Shown here piece by piece: positions 1 to 11,424 of a DNA stretch of 64,000 nucleotides. The DNA comes from a virus (Duplodnaviria > Heunggongvirae > Uroviricota > Caudoviricetes): IMG/VR virus record IMGVR_UViG_2622736468_000003; one strand, 5' to 3'. The notes beneath the pieces are model-generated. The model worked only from the letters and a program-made list of their open reading frames with translations. It was not told the origin of the DNA and ran no database searches. Every line of letters begins with the position of its first letter. The first letter of the stretch is position 1. The position numbers and the translations under genes are program-made.

Positions 1-1164
1 TTATGCTTTCTTTGCATCCTCAAAAACCTCAGGGTGGGACAAATTTGGGACATCGTCACCCAATATGTCGTCAATTTTCCTCGCGTGCTCTGTCAAATGA
101 TTAGGTGCAAGGTGTGCGTACCTACGCACCATTTCGATAGACTCCCAGCCGCCCATTTCCTGAAGTACTGACAGTGGTACACCTGACTGAATTAACCAAC
201 TGGCCCAGGTATGGCGGAGGTCATGAAAACGGAAATTTTCAATTCCTGCCCGACGACATGCTGTTAACCACGATGTGTTATAGTCCAGGCGCATCTTTCT
301 GATGCTTGGTGTCATTGTCCCGTCAGGCCTTCTGGCAGCAGTGGTATAAACAAACACCCAGCGGTGATGTTTGCCTATTTGATCACGCAACACCTTGCAG
401 GCAGTGTCATTCAGTGCGACCCCAATAGCGCGGTTTGACTTACTGTCTTCAGGGTTTACCCAGGCAACACGTCGCTGCATATCGATTTGTTGCCACTCCA
501 GATTAATAATGTTTGATCTCCTCAGGCCAGTTGCCAGTGCAAATTTAACTACAGATTTCAGGGGATCAGAACATGCATCAATGAGTCTCCTGGCTTCTTC
601 TTTTTCCAGCCATCTCACGCGTTTGTTTTTTACGGCAGGTATTTTGATTACAGGTGCTTTTTCAAGCCATTTCCAGTCTCGCTCTGCGGCGCGCAGAATA
701 GCCTTGATCATTGCCAGGTGTGTTGCTTTTGTTTGCGTGCTCACCGATTTAGGTATATAGGCTGGTGGTTCTTTCCCTTTTCTTAATGCAGCCTCCACCT
801 GCAACTTCCATCTCTCCTTTGTTTTTCGGTTATACGCTTTGCTGATAACTGAGTAGATCATTGCCTCCGATATATCCTTAATCCTTATTCCCTCGAAATG
901 CTCAATCCAGAATGCGATTCTGGATTTATCGGAATCGATGGATTTCTTGTCGGCTTTTTCCTCAAGCCATCTCAGGCAGGCTTCTTCGAAAGTGACATCT
1001 GGCATATCCCCCAGTCTGTCTACTCGCCAGAGTTCTGCTTTTCGCTTGTCGTGCAACTCCTGAGCTTGCCGCTTGTCCTTTGTGCCAAGAGACTCCTTAA
1101 TTCGCTTTCCGCCCGGGAGCGAGTACGAGGCGTACCATATTTCACCTCTGCGGAAGAGTGACAT
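1..1164 (-). CDS. int: Phage integrase, tyrosine recombinase
   Basis: 387-aa ORF; C-terminal HDLRHTWAS and RRYAHL motifs typical of the catalytic R-H-R-Y region; sits at the prophage end beside xis-exo-bet-gam. Confidence 0.9.
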   Translation of the reverse strand: MSLFRRGEIWYASYSLPGGKRIKESLGTKDKRQAQELHDKRKAELWRVDRLGDMPDVTFEEACLRWLEEKADKKSIDSDKSRIAFWIEHFEGIRIKDISEAMIYSVISKAYNRKTKERWKLQVEAALRKGKEPPAYIPKSVSTQTKATHLAMIKAILRAAERDWKWLEKAPVIKIPAVKNKRVRWLEKEEARRLIDACSDPLKSVVKFALATGLRRSNIINLEWQQIDMQRRVAWVNPEDSKSNRAIGVALNDTACKVLRDQIGKHHRWVFVYTTAARRPDGTMTPSIRKMRLDYNTSWLTACRRAGIENFRFHDLRHTWASWLIQSGVPLSVLQEMGGWESIEMVRRYAHLAPNHLTEHARKIDDILGDDVPNLSHPEVFEDAKKA

Positions 1165-1391
1165 TTTCTTTCCTCTGTTATGCCATCACCCGCGCTCACC
1201 TGGACAGTATGCAGCGGTGAATGAAGTGCTGCAATGCAGGCTTGCCGGGTTGTGAGATAAGGTGATCTTTTACCGGAAGAATTTTTTCGGGTTGCCTGTA
1301 GTCGGCCCGTTCGTATCCAGTTAACAGCTGTTGGCCTTGATATCTTGAGAAACTTACAGGCCTCTTTGAGGGTGATACTGTGTGAATCCAT
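1020..1391 (-). CDS. xis: Excisionase-like HTH protein (AlpA/Xis type)
   Basis: Internal ATG at 1391 gives [31 protein letters not shown], a helix-turn-helix typical of excisionases; directly upstream of and overlapping int; 3' end uncertain. Confidence 0.55.
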   Translation of the reverse strand: MDSHSITLKEACKFLKISRPTAVNWIRTGRLQATRKNSSGKRSPYLTTRQACIAALHSPLHTVQVSAGDGITEERKCHSSAEVKYGTPRTRSRAESELRSLLAQRTSGKLRSCTTSEKQNSGE

Positions 1392-1425
1392 ATTTTCGCC
1401 ATTAAAAACCGCCCGAAGGCGGTTG

Positions 1426-1677
1426 TCAGTTGATTGATATGCGGCGCATTTTTCGAAGGCTGGCAATATGCTTTTCCTTCTCAATTTCTGCTTTAATCAT
1501 GTGTAGTTCGTTGTGATCGATTCGCTCAAATTCTGCATTAAATGCGCTAATTGAAGCGGCTCTGGTTCTCCCATCCAGCCTGCGGAAGATTACCTGCGTC
1601 AGAGTGATTTTGCAGACTTCAACCGGATAGTTGTTGGCATCGACGAAAGACTGCCCGCGCTGGATCAGAACGAACAC
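1426..1677 (-). CDS. Hypothetical small early protein
   Basis: 83-aa ORF between exo and xis on the same strand; no motif recognised. Confidence 0.35.
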   Translation of the reverse strand: MFVLIQRGQSFVDANNYPVEVCKITLTQVIFRRLDGRTRAASISAFNAEFERIDHNELHMIKAEIEKEKHIASLRKMRRISIN

Positions 1678-1725
1678 CGGTAGTATTCCTTAATTGTCAT
1701 ATCATTTGCACCTCGTTGCTACTGG

Positions 1726-2406
1726 CTATCGCCATTGCTCCCCAAATACAAAACCAATTTCAGCCAGTGCCTCGTCCATTTTTTCGATGAACTCTGGCAC
1801 CATTTCGTCAAAACCAGCCATGTATTTTTCATCCCGTTCGACCACGACATAATGCAGTCCTTCACGCTTCATACGCGAGTCATAGTTGGCAAAGTACCAG
1901 GCATCTTTTCGTGTCACCCACATGCTGTACTGCACCTGGGCCATGTAAGCCGATTTTATGGCCTCGAAACCACCGAGCCGGAACCTCATGAAATCCCGGG
2001 AGGTAAACGGGCATTTCAGTTCAAGGCCGTTGCCGTCACTGCATAAACCATCGGGAGAGCAGGCGGTGCGCATACTTTCGTCGCGATAGATGATCGGGGA
2101 TTCAGTAACATTCACGCCGGAAGTGAACTCAAAGAGGGCTCTGGCGTCGTTCTCGTACTGTTTTCCCCAGGCCAGCGCTTTAGCGTTAACTTCCGGAGCC
2201 ACACCGGTGCAAACCTCAGCCAGCAGGGTGTGGAAGTAGGACATTTTCATGTCAGGCCATTTCTTTCCTGAGCGGGGTTTTGCTATCACGTTGTGAACTT
2301 CTGAAGCGGTGATGACGCCGAGCCGTAATTTGTGCCACGCATCATCCCCCTGTTCGACAGCTCTCACGTCGATCCCTGTACGTTGCAGGATAATGTCCGG
2401 TGTCAT
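1726..2406 (-). CDS. exo: Lambda Red exonuclease (Exo)
   Basis: 226-aa protein near-identical over its length to recalled lambda Exo ([40 protein letters not shown]...). Confidence 0.93.
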   Translation of the reverse strand: MTPDIILQRTGIDVRAVEQGDDAWHKLRLGVITASEVHNVIAKPRSGKKWPDMKMSYFHTLLAEVCTGVAPEVNAKALAWGKQYENDARALFEFTSGVNVTESPIIYRDESMRTACSPDGLCSDGNGLELKCPFTSRDFMRFRLGGFEAIKSAYMAQVQYSMWVTRKDAWYFANYDSRMKREGLHYVVVERDEKYMAGFDEMVPEFIEKMDEALAEIGFVFGEQWR

Positions 2407-3188
2407 GCTGCTACCTTCTGCTCTGTGACTTTCTGTTTCAGGAATCCAAGAACCTTCACAGCTTCAGCCTGTGTTAGTTCTGAAGATGTGTAAATGTTGC
2501 GGCGAAAAATCTGGGAACAGAGCGGCAACAGGTCGTCATCCCACGTTTTTTCCATGGAAGTAAGAAGGGCGTTAATTTCCGACATGGTTTCTTCGTTAAC
2601 CGGGGTGATGTCGCGTTCCGGCTGACGTTCTGTAGTATATGCAGTATTTTCGACAATACGCTCGGCTTCATCCTTGTCATAGATGCCAGCAAATCCGAAG
2701 GCCAGGCGAGCACACTGAATCATGGCTTTGTGCCGTAACATCCGTTTGGGATGCGACTGCCACGGTCCGGTGATTTCTCTGCCTTCGCGGGTTTTGAATG
2801 GTGCGCGGCGACATTCATCCATCCACTCGGTAACGCAGATCGGGTGATTGCGATCTTTGCGGTAAATCCGGCATGTACAGGACTCATTGTCCTGCTCAAA
2901 GTCCATGCCATCAAACTGCTGGTTTTCATTGATAATGCGGGACCAGCCATCAACGCCAACCACCGGAACGATGCCGTTCTGCTTGTCAGGGAAGGCGTAA
3001 ATTTCTTTCGTCCAGGGATTAAGGCCGTACTGGTTGGCGACGATCAACAATGCGATAAATTGCGCATCGCTGGCATCACCTTTAAATGCCGTCTGGCGAA
3101 GAGTGGTGATTAGTTCCTGTGGGTCGACAGAATCCATGCCGACACGTTCAGCCAGCTTCCCTGCCAGCGTTGCGAGTGCTGTACTCAT
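2403..3188 (-). CDS. bet: Lambda Red beta single-strand annealing protein (Bet)
   Basis: 261-aa protein matching recalled lambda Bet ([37 protein letters not shown]...); start overlaps exo stop. Confidence 0.93.
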   Translation of the reverse strand: MSTALATLAGKLAERVGMDSVDPQELITTLRQTAFKGDASDAQFIALLIVANQYGLNPWTKEIYAFPDKQNGIVPVVGVDGWSRIINENQQFDGMDFEQDNESCTCRIYRKDRNHPICVTEWMDECRRAPFKTREGREITGPWQSHPKRMLRHKAMIQCARLAFGFAGIYDKDEAERIVENTAYTTERQPERDITPVNEETMSEINALLTSMEKTWDDDLLPLCSQIFRRNIYTSSELTQAEAVKVLGFLKQKVTEQKVAA

Positions 3189-3193
3189 CCGTT

Positions 3194-3490
3194 TTATACC
3201 TCTGAATCAATATTAATTTGGTGACGGGCGATGGTTTCAGCCATGTAGCGGATGTGTTCTGCCATGCGTTCCTGAAAATCGACATCGTCATCAAATGCTC
3301 GGGTAATGGCCTGTTTGCTGGCACCACAGCGTTGTAGGCTATCTATGCAGAGCGATTCAAACAGGCGCTGGGGCAGTCCTTTTTCCAGGTCGTCCGCCAA
3401 CTCTGCTTCAGTTTCTTCACGGGCAATTTTCCGGTAGTGTCGTGCCCATGACAGCTCTTCAATGCGATCGGGGATAAGCCAGGCATTCAT
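3194..3490 (-). CDS. gam: Gam, RecBCD inhibitor
   Basis: 98-aa protein matching recalled short-form lambda Gam ([39 protein letters not shown]). Confidence 0.85.
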   Translation of the reverse strand: MNAWLIPDRIEELSWARHYRKIAREETEAELADDLEKGLPQRLFESLCIDSLQRCGASKQAITRAFDDDVDFQERMAEHIRYMAETIARHQINIDSEV

Positions 3491-5558
3491 GATTTATCAC
3501 CTCCGAAATGTTCAAGCCTGTTGGCAATCATGATGGCGATATCAGGGATTGCTGGCGCTGTGGCTATACATGCAGGGTTTGCGCACAAACCATAGACGGC
3601 CGCAAGCACGAGCTGCCTTTTCCAGTCGAAATCTGCTTGCTCTGAATCATCATTATTGTCAGAAGCATCACTATGTGGAGCTATGTGGACAACCGAATCG
3701 TGTTCCTGAGTTGTATCAACAGCATTTTCCTGAATGTATTCATTCTTCATTTGTGCTTGTCCATCTCCATCAGCGGCGTCATTTTCTCCAAAAGTTTCTG
3801 TGTAAGTGCTATCGCCCATTACTGGACCACAGTCAGGGCAATGCCCGCCAGCGCTCTGACTGCATGCGGTGCAAACCTTTTCCACTTCCTGTTGCATTAC
3901 TGGCCCTGGCTGTTGCTCTTCCGGTCCGTTTTGTTGCGTATCCGGGCTGTTTTGTTCCGCTTCTGGCTCAATTTGTTCCACTTTGGACTGATTCAGGTCC
4001 TCAGTGTCGCGAGTCTGGATCCCCTTCACCCACTTCGGATCAGCAGGGTTACTGATGCCTTCAACGAATTCTCCACGCGAGGCAGCCAGTAATTTGTCGG
4101 CATCGACTGGATTTTTTGGGGGGATGTTTTCCCTGGCTTTATTGAGTTCCTCCCTCAGTTCCTGGTATTTCGTTTCTACAGATGAGACATTTTCCAGTGA
4201 TTGCGTGTCCTCATTATGTTTAACTGGAATTTCTTCCACTGATTCAGGCGCTGCCTGTTCATTAGCCATTGTGTCCGATGCTTGTTGCTTTTCTTCATCG
4301 CCATGTTTCCCTTCTGCTGTTCCGCGCTGCGGCATCGGGGCTGATGAGCGACCGCAGGCAATTTCCACGATTTCCGGATCCGGGTTAGCGTGATCGGTTT
4401 CGGTCAACACTTTGTTGAGATATTCAGTCACGCGTGCCGGGATGGCCTCAATGCCGATTGGTGCTTCTTTCACGGAAGCCACCACAATGGCGCGGGAATA
4501 ATCCAGCCCACCGGGCATGGCGATAAATTTGTCGCGAAAAACAGAAAAGGGCGGCTTATTCTCTGACACGATTTCTTCAACGCGTTTTGCGTGTGCTGGG
4601 TGCAGGTTATAAATATCCACATCCATTGAACGGGCCAGAACGCCGGTGGCTACATCTCGTGCGAGTGATGTCTTATCATGTTTGAATCCTTCACCACGAT
4701 CGGTAAGATTTCCGCCGCCAGCGTTAGCACCGGAAGGCGTACGGGTAATGCCTGAAACATAATTTCCGTTCTGCCATTCTTTTGTCAGCAGGCCCTGATC
4801 AAGGTAGTCAGTTTTCATCCAGGTGGAAATGAACTTGTCGAATTCAGCCGGGCTGATGCGATGATTTGCAGAGTGGGGGAATGCTTTCCCTACAGATTCA
4901 GCCAGGCGACTAAGGTGATAGTTCGTCAGTTTATCCAGTTCATGATGTGCGGCGCGCACAGCAGTAAGCAGGCTCTGAAGGTAACTGTCCTCTGTGTCCA
5001 TCTCCATACGGATCACGTTATTGCGTTGTTCTGGTGTGGCGTGATGCCGGTATTTTCCATCTTCATCCTTGCTGAAGAAGAAGAGGTGAAGGAAGCGATG
5101 AGTAAGGCTCAGAGTGGCGACGGGAATTTCACACTCAGAACAGTCATCGTCGCTGTCCGGGGATTCGCTTTTCTCCACATCATCCGGAATAGTTCCGTCC
5201 AGGTTATCGTTGTCATCGCCAGCAGTTGTGGCATCTTCACCGTTGATGTTGTCATCGAAGGGATAGCCATCATGGTGATGCCATCGTTACCGCCTTTTTC
5301 ATAGCGGTTGCAGAATTCAGTATCAAACACGCCTTCCGGTGGAAGGTCATTCACGACGGGGAAATTTACGCGAACGGGTTTTTTGAAATCATCCTCGTCG
5401 TAGCCTGCATCGTCCATGGCTGCAATGCAGCGGGAAACTGCGACAGAAAGTTTTCTGGCCTCGGTCCAGAAAAAACCGCCTTTGATGCCAAGGCGTTTTC
5501 TGACTTTATCGTTTTTTGCTTCGCAGTGCAGTGCAAAAGTCTGTTTATCAGCGCTCAT
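3487..5558 (-). pseudogene. Large acidic early-operon protein, apparently frameshifted (about 690 codons if repaired)
   Basis: The 149-aa ORF 5109..5558 and the 563-aa ORF 3487..5178 (GTG start) overlap by 70 bp; the downstream frame stays open upstream to a TAA near 5281 and encodes a continuous acidic linker, implying a 1-nt frameshift near 5265-5285; Cys clusters CSEC and CTAC..HCPDC; function unknown. Confidence 0.5.
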
Positions 5559-5665
5559 TGTATTTAAACCTCTGGCTGGATTAGAATTAGCGGCCCTTTG
5601 TCTGATTTCTCCGAATACGGTGACGCAGGGAGAAATCCGGTAGCCTGCGCTGCCGGATTTTTATT

Positions 5666-5845
5666 TCAGTGGAAGGTTGCCTGGTTTGCTGTTTTGTGAG
5701 TTGTTTTTCCCTTTTCGTGCTGGCATTCAGGGCAGTCGCACTCAGAATTTTCTCTTGCAAACTCAAGATCCTGCGCCAGTGTATGGATTTGTTGTACTCC
5801 AATGTTGCTTCTGACAACTTCACGTGCAGCATGAATATATGGGCT
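5666..5845 (-). pseudogene. 3' fragment of a 127-codon early gene split by IS629
   Basis: Removing IS629 and one copy of the CTT duplication joins this frame exactly to ORF 7157..7365, giving ...SCGLNGKTPSPYIHAAREVV... with no stop until 5666. Confidence 0.6.
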
Positions 5846-5900
5846 TTGAACCGCCCCGGGAATCCTGGAGACTAAACTTCCTGAGAAAGAGGTAAACAGG

Positions 5901-6227
5901 ATGACTAAAAATACTCGTTTTTCCCCCGAAGTCCGTCAACGGGCAGTCCGTATGGTTCTGGAAAGTCAGAGCGAATATGACTCACAATGGGCGACAATTT
6001 GTTCCATTGCTCCAAAGATTGGCTGTACGCCGGAGACTCTGCGTGTCTGGGTTCGCCAGCATGAGCGGGATACCGGGGGCGGTGATGGAGGGCTCACCAC
6101 CGCTGAACGTCAGCGTCTGAAAGAGCTGGAGCGTGAAAATCGTGAACTGCGCCGCAGTAACGATATCCTTCGCCAGGCTTCCGCTTATTTTGCGAAGGCG
6201 GAGTTCGACCGCCTCTGGAAAAAATGA
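5901..6227 (+). CDS. IS629 transposase OrfA
   Basis: 108 aa [19 protein letters not shown]..., HTH and leucine-zipper region typical of IS3-family OrfA. Confidence 0.9.
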   Translation: MTKNTRFSPEVRQRAVRMVLESQSEYDSQWATICSIAPKIGCTPETLRVWVRQHERDTGGGDGGLTTAERQRLKELERENRELRRSNDILRQASAYFAKAEFDRLWKK

Positions 6228-7114
6228 TGCCACTGCTGGATAAGCTGCGTGAGCAGTACGGGGTCGGACCGCTATGCAGCGAACTGCATATTGCCCCGTC
6301 AACGTATTACCACTGTCAGCAACAGCGACATCATCCGGATAAACGCAGTGCCCGTGCGCAGCGCGATGACTGGCTGAAGAAAGAGATACAGCGCGTATAC
6401 GATGAAAATCACAAGGTATACGGTGTGCGTAAAGTCTGGCGTCAGTTGTTACGGGAAGGTATCAGAGTGGCCAGATGCACTGTGGCACGTCTCATGGCGG
6501 TTATGGGACTTGCCGGTGTTCTCCGGGGTAAAAAGGTCCGTACGACCATCAGCCGGAAAGCCGTTGCCGCAGGCGACCGCGTAAACCGTCAGTTCGTGGC
6601 AGAACGACCTGACCAGCTGTGGGTGGCTGATTTTACTTACGTCAGCACATGGCAGGGCTTCGTCTATGTGGCGTTCATCATTGATGTGTTTGCCGGATAC
6701 ATCGTGGGGTGGCGGGTCTCATCGTCCATGGAAACGACATTCGTGCTGGATGCACTGGAGCAGGCGTTATGGGCCCGTCGACCGTCCGGCACGGTCCATC
6801 ACAGTGATAAAGGTTCTCAGTATGTATCGCTGGCCTACACACAGCGGCTTAAGGAAGCCGGATTACTGGCATCAACAGGAAGTACAGGCGACTCGTATGA
6901 CAACGCGATGGCGGAGAGCATCAATGGTCTTTACAAAGCGGAGGTAATACACCGTAAGAGCTGGAAAAACCGGACAGAAGTGGAGCTGGCCACACTCACG
7001 TGGGTGGACTGGTATAACAATCGACGATTGCTGGAAAGGCTGGGCCATACTCCTCCGGCAGAAGCAGAAAAAGCTTATTATGCTTCCATCGGAAACGATG
7101 ATCTGGCAGCCTGA
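6224..7114 (+). CDS. IS629 transposase OrfB (integrase catalytic domain)
   Basis: 296 aa; overlaps orfA as in IS3-family frameshift fusion. Confidence 0.9.
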   Translation: MMPLLDKLREQYGVGPLCSELHIAPSTYYHCQQQRHHPDKRSARAQRDDWLKKEIQRVYDENHKVYGVRKVWRQLLREGIRVARCTVARLMAVMGLAGVLRGKKVRTTISRKAVAAGDRVNRQFVAERPDQLWVADFTYVSTWQGFVYVAFIIDVFAGYIVGWRVSSSMETTFVLDALEQALWARRPSGTVHHSDKGSQYVSLAYTQRLKEAGLLASTGSTGDSYDNAMAESINGLYKAEVIHRKSWKNRTEVELATLTWVDWYNNRRLLERLGHTPPAEAEKAYYASIGNDDLAA

Positions 7115-7156
7115 GTTCACAGATAAAACACTCTCCAGGAAACCCGGGGCGGTTCA

Positions 7157-7365
7157 CTTGGTGTTTTGCCATTTAACCCACATGAAACAAAACGACTGTC
7201 CTTATATTCGTTATTTCCAACTTCTGTAAGCACTGAAAAAGAAAATACAAAGTCGATTTTGTATTCTTTGCATATTTTACTGATGCGTTCTGCAATTTCT
7301 TTGAGTTCATTTATTGCATCAGGACTGGTTTCGGAAAATATTTCATTTTGCGCAAGTTCTTTCAT
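7157..7365 (-). pseudogene. 5' fragment of the 127-codon early gene split by IS629
   Basis: ORF 7117..7365 ends in IS-derived codons; native part is 69 codons up to the IS boundary. Confidence 0.6.
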
Positions 7366-7448
7366 TTTGATTTTTCCGTGATTGATAATTAATGCGGTTT
7401 TATTTCGGCTTGTCTGTTACAGATATGGAAGGTGTATTTTATTACTCG

Positions 7449-7688
7449 TCACAACGACGCTGCTTTTACGGGTAAGCCATCGCGCCCGATGAAAACTTTA
7501 ATCATGCAGTCGGTAATGCATGTTTTTGTTGTGAAGTTACGAATATAGAGTTTTCTCTTTTCAATATTGTTTGCTGAAGCGATATATGTCCGACCTTCAT
7601 GAAGAACATAATCGCCAGGCGTCACGCACTGACGTGGTATTTCATCAGTTCCGAAGTGATGAGCAATCATAATTATCTCCATTTTCAC
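7449..7688 (-). CDS. Hypothetical protein
   Basis: 79-aa ORF in AT-rich early-left region. Confidence 0.3.
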   Translation of the reverse strand: MKMEIIMIAHHFGTDEIPRQCVTPGDYVLHEGRTYIASANNIEKRKLYIRNFTTKTCITDCMIKVFIGRDGLPVKAASL

Positions 7689-8126
7689 AAATGAACTTTG
7701 TTGATGCGGTGCCTGGTGCCTCCAGGTGACGTTAACCAGTTAACAACTAACGCCGGGTCAGGGGACGATGACTTTCCGTGACATCCTGTCGGTTTAACTG
7801 TTCCGCGTGCGCATAGCCGCATTCACCGCATCACAAAATTCACTTTAAAAAGGGCGGACATCAGCAATCGGCAAACCGATGTCCGCCAAGGGCTACACAC
7901 AGCAATGTTGTTATTCACAACCGGAAGCGCACGGTCGAAGAAATCTAACGACAAGCCTTCAATGGGAAAGAGTCTTCGCCGTGCACTTTCGTGTTGTACC
8001 CTGGCTTTCAGGGTAATGTCTGTTCAGTAAACTGAGAGTGCCGGAACTCACCCGTGTCCGGCGCACGATCTCCACCTCACCCGTGGAGAACTCCTCAACT
8101 ACAAACCCCGTAAGGAGAGTGAATTT

Positions 8127-8336
8127 ATGACACAAGAAGAAAAAGTGATGTTTCTGATGAGGCTGGCTGTCGATACCTACAACACACAATTCAGGGAGAA
8201 AGATATACCTCAAAAGGCAGTTCCTGCCGCGGTAGATAAGGGCGGTGCTATTGCCGTATTTTACGATGCATTTGAATCATTTTTTGATGAAAAACTCGAC
8301 GCTGTTAGCGACTTCGGAACATCGAGTAATAAATAA
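8127..8336 (+). CDS. Hypothetical small protein, opposite strand to the pL operon
   Basis: 69-aa ORF with AAGGAG Shine-Dalgarno 8 nt upstream. Confidence 0.35.
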   Translation: MTQEEKVMFLMRLAVDTYNTQFREKDIPQKAVPAAVDKGGAIAVFYDAFESFFDEKLDAVSDFGTSSNK

Positions 8337-8685
8337 CGTTCATTACGGTTCTTAAACAACAATCAGTGGGCTTGATGTTGTTCTTTTCAAGCTCACTTGC
8401 CATCACTTCCATTATTCTTGCACTTACACGAATTATTTGGTGGCTGTAAGTGACGCAACTATCGCTGATATTGCTGTTTATTTCTATTACTTCATTTTCA
8501 CCATTAGCATCAACTTCGGATGCGCTGTTTTCATTATCCTGTTTCAGTGCTTTTTCTGCCATCTGGATGCGTGTCAGCGTTGCGGAATTTGGGCTAAGTC
8601 GATAAACCTGTCTGGCATCTTCCAGAAGCAGGGCGATAATGTGCTTCAGTTCTGTTTCGTTCATAGTTAACTCCGGTAGTTGCAA
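8305..8685 (-). CDS. Hypothetical protein
   Basis: 126-aa ORF downstream of N in the leftward operon. Confidence 0.4.
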   Translation of the reverse strand: MQLPELTMNETELKHIIALLLEDARQVYRLSPNSATLTRIQMAEKALKQDNENSASEVDANGENEVIEINSNISDSCVTYSHQIIRVSARIMEVMASELEKNNIKPTDCCLRTVMNVIYYSMFRSR

Positions 8686-8695
8686 TTTATTAATA

Positions 8696-9412
8696 TCAGG
8701 CGGTCAGCTCTTTAAGCTTCTGAACTGCTTTATTCATTTCATCCATACAGTCGATGAATTCGTCCAGTTTAAGCTGCATTTTTCCGGCGGCCTGAAGGAT
8801 TTCAAGTTTTAAGGGCGCAAGTTTTTTGTTGAATGCATCATCTTCCTGGCGTTTTTTCTCCGCAATTTCGGCGGCTTTCAGCAATTCTTCAGCCTGTTTT
8901 CTGAGTATTTCTGGTGAAGGTGAAACTGCTTTGAGGTTATTCATTTCAGGTTCCTGTTGTTGCAGAATTAATTTGTTGCATTCTCTGCGTGAGCGTTTCA
9001 TTGCAGATTCGCACTTCTTGCAATAAATGGCTCTCCCGTCACGCTTGCTGGCATCTGAATAAAAATCATTGACTGATTTTGTCTGCCCGCATCTGGTACA
9101 TAATTTTGATTGAAGGTCCTTAGTGATTGTGACGTTTCCTTCCCGTTTGGGATATCCATATTTTTTGTGGCGGAAAAAGGTTACTCCGTTACCAGAACCT
9201 TCTTTTCTGACCTTAAATACAATGATGCTTTCCCGTTTATCGATAAAATCTATGAGCTGGTTTCTCTCCTTTCCTGACAGTTCGGCAAATGTCTTAACTT
9301 TTTTAGTAACTTCCGTAAGGCGAACTCCATCAGGCATTTTTTCAACGAAGTTTTTAATCTCTGCAAGCGGACGCCATAACTTTTGCGGCAAAACTGAAGG
9401 CGTGGTCATCAA
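8696..9412 (-). CDS. Hypothetical protein with zinc-ribbon-like CxxC pairs
   Basis: 238 aa; CTRCG...CKKCE; coiled-coil C-terminus; stop abuts N start. Confidence 0.5.
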   Translation of the reverse strand: MMTTPSVLPQKLWRPLAEIKNFVEKMPDGVRLTEVTKKVKTFAELSGKERNQLIDFIDKRESIIVFKVRKEGSGNGVTFFRHKKYGYPKREGNVTITKDLQSKLCTRCGQTKSVNDFYSDASKRDGRAIYCKKCESAMKRSRRECNKLILQQQEPEMNNLKAVSPSPEILRKQAEELLKAAEIAEKKRQEDDAFNKKLAPLKLEILQAAGKMQLKLDEFIDCMDEMNKAVQKLKELTA

Positions 9413-9796
9413 TCACCTCGCCGTCAGTTGTTTTGATTTCCGGTAGCCTGCCGCGTAAATGGCTACGTTTGGAAGACATACACCAGTTTCTGGTTGCTTA
9501 TGTCCAAACTCATTCGCGTACACAATGGCTGCTCGCTCCAGATTGCGTCTGTATTCTTTCTGTTGCCAGATCACGTCCTGTGCCATGAACTTAATTGGCT
9601 TAGCGTCTTCTATGCGCTCAGGCGTTTCGTGAGTACCTTTAGCCTGAATCTGCGCTCTGCTTAGAGTAGGGCGGTGTAATACTTCTGAACTTATTGCTTC
9701 TTCGCGGGCCAGTACGCAGTTAGCTAATGCCTTTGCCTTTAAACGCTCACGACGACGAGAACGTGAATTGCCTTTGAACTGAGTTCTGCGTGTCAT
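9413..9796 (-). CDS. N: N-like transcription antiterminator
   Basis: 127 aa with N-terminal arginine-rich motif MTRRTQFKGNSRSRRRERLKAKA; strong AGGAGG SD; first gene of the leftward operon. Confidence 0.75.
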   Translation of the reverse strand: MTRRTQFKGNSRSRRRERLKAKALANCVLAREEAISSEVLHRPTLSRAQIQAKGTHETPERIEDAKPIKFMAQDVIWQQKEYRRNLERAAIVYANEFGHKQPETGVCLPNVAIYAAGYRKSKQLTAR

Positions 9797-10452
9797 ATAG
9801 ACCTCCTGATGAACTTTGGTGGTGTGGTAGGTGGGAGACCCATTTCGACCTGTTTCGGCCTACTTCAATTCGGCAATAGTCCCACAGGCCTCGCCGCTTT
9901 ACGTGCGACATATTCCCGTCCATGAACCCTTCACCACACCCCAAAGTTCACTTTGGTTATTGCGCTTTGTCAGCGCCGTAGATTCATATTCGAATCGTTG
10001 TATATTCACCGCCCTGGTGAGTAATGCGTCCTGCTGATGACGATAATAATGAACCAATAGTTCGACATTATCAAGAACTATTGGTACGAATTTTGGTGAT
10101 TTATTAACTCTACGAAGTATGATTCTGATATATAAGGAAATTTATTTTTGAAAATGTGGCTGATGAAGGTTATGCGGCAGGGATCAGAACTGCATGGTTT
10201 AGCGAGTTACATCAATAAATACAATGAGTTATGTTTTTTTAGGTGGGGGATCGTGAGGCAAAGAAAACCCGGCGCTGAGGCCGGGCTAGATTTTAAAGTA
10301 TTTATCTTTTAGAGATGTAGATGTAAAACTTTTCGCCTTTGAAAATTTTTTGTCATCAGAAGGGCTTATGAACTCATCTTTTTTGTAGGGAACCGCTAAT
10401 GCTGCATCACGTCTGCGAGGCAGCTTGCTTACTTCCTCGCGCTTTTTCATGA
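9797..10452 (-). promoter_or_regulatory. Expected pL/oL/nutL region
   Basis: 650-bp AT-rich non-coding stretch upstream of N; position only, operators not resolved. Confidence 0.3.
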
Positions 10453-11353
10453 TCAGTTATCCTTTAATAACCTATACAGTTTTGTAGGGGTACATCCTGA
10501 GGATATTGTTAAGTTCGTAGCACGCCTTTTCCGCCCATCATCGTATAAACGAAAACCAGTAGTAGACGAATTTTCTGCGTCAAAAACTATAGACAGTATA
10601 GCGTCCCCAGACTTTTTTTGCCATTCGCATGTGCCGTTAGTTGGTTTCGTCATCTGTAGACGCCAGTCAAGAACGCCATCACTTATAGCTGAGAGATCGT
10701 TTAGTACATCTAGTACGGATTGATATCTTTCATTTGGATCTACATGAATGCATTTGTTCACTATTGTTATTAATTTTTTATGTATATGGGGAGGATACTC
10801 TTTTAATGGATAGCAGCCATTAATTATCGACTCTCTGAGTTGTTCAATCGTGCTAAATGCAGATCTTTCTCTTTCAAAATTATCATGTCCAACACACATT
10901 CTATATATGGTTAATCCTGCCTGATATATGTCATATGTGAAATTATAATCATTTGTTGATAAAGAAAAATATTCCGGTGGCACATGAAAATGATATCCAA
11001 ACTCAGGCGCAGCTCTCGATTCCTCATTGACTAACTGAGATAATCCAAAGTCAGATAGCATGGCCTCATTTCTGTTTGATATCATAATGTTATTAGGTTT
11101 TATATCAAAATGCATAAGACCTTTTGAGTGTATATGATAAAGTCCACTTAAAAATTGAATGGAATACCGTATTATCTCCCTGCTTGTAAGATTATTTTTT
11201 TTCATTAATTGGTTTAGCGAACCATTATGATAAAATGGCATGGCTATATAGATATTGCTCTCACATTGAGCAGCATACTGAACTTGCACAATATTTGGAT
11301 GTGCATGTTTATAGAGAAGCCTTGCTTCATTAAAGTAGTCGTCGTGGTTAGTG
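10453..11353 (-). pseudogene. stk: Hanks-type Ser/Thr protein kinase, 3' part (split by IS66 element)
   Basis: Catalytic loop HFDIKPNN, DFG motif SDFGLS, PPE motif; frame runs to the IS boundary at 11353. Confidence 0.8.
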
Positions 11354-11424
11354 GTAAGCGTACAGCCTGAACCGTCTGGTCAGAATCTGACGAATTAGAC
11401 AAAGTGGTGTCCACCAAATAAGCA

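Larger units (their letters stand above)
5847..7156 (+). mobile_element. IS629 (IS3 family), copy 1, 1310 bp
   Basis: Ends TGAACCGCCCCGGG...CCCGGGGCGGTTCA; orfA+orfB; 3-bp direct repeat CTT at 5844-5846 and 7157-7159. Confidence 0.9.

Noticed and set aside
395-1255. Plus-strand ORFs inside int (395..760, 898..1161, 1073..1255)
   Set aside because: Antisense to a well-supported integrase gene with no independent support.
1196-1402. 68-aa ORF in an alternative frame within the xis region
   Set aside because: It overlaps the frame that encodes a clear excisionase-type HTH and has no motif or ribosome-binding site of its own.
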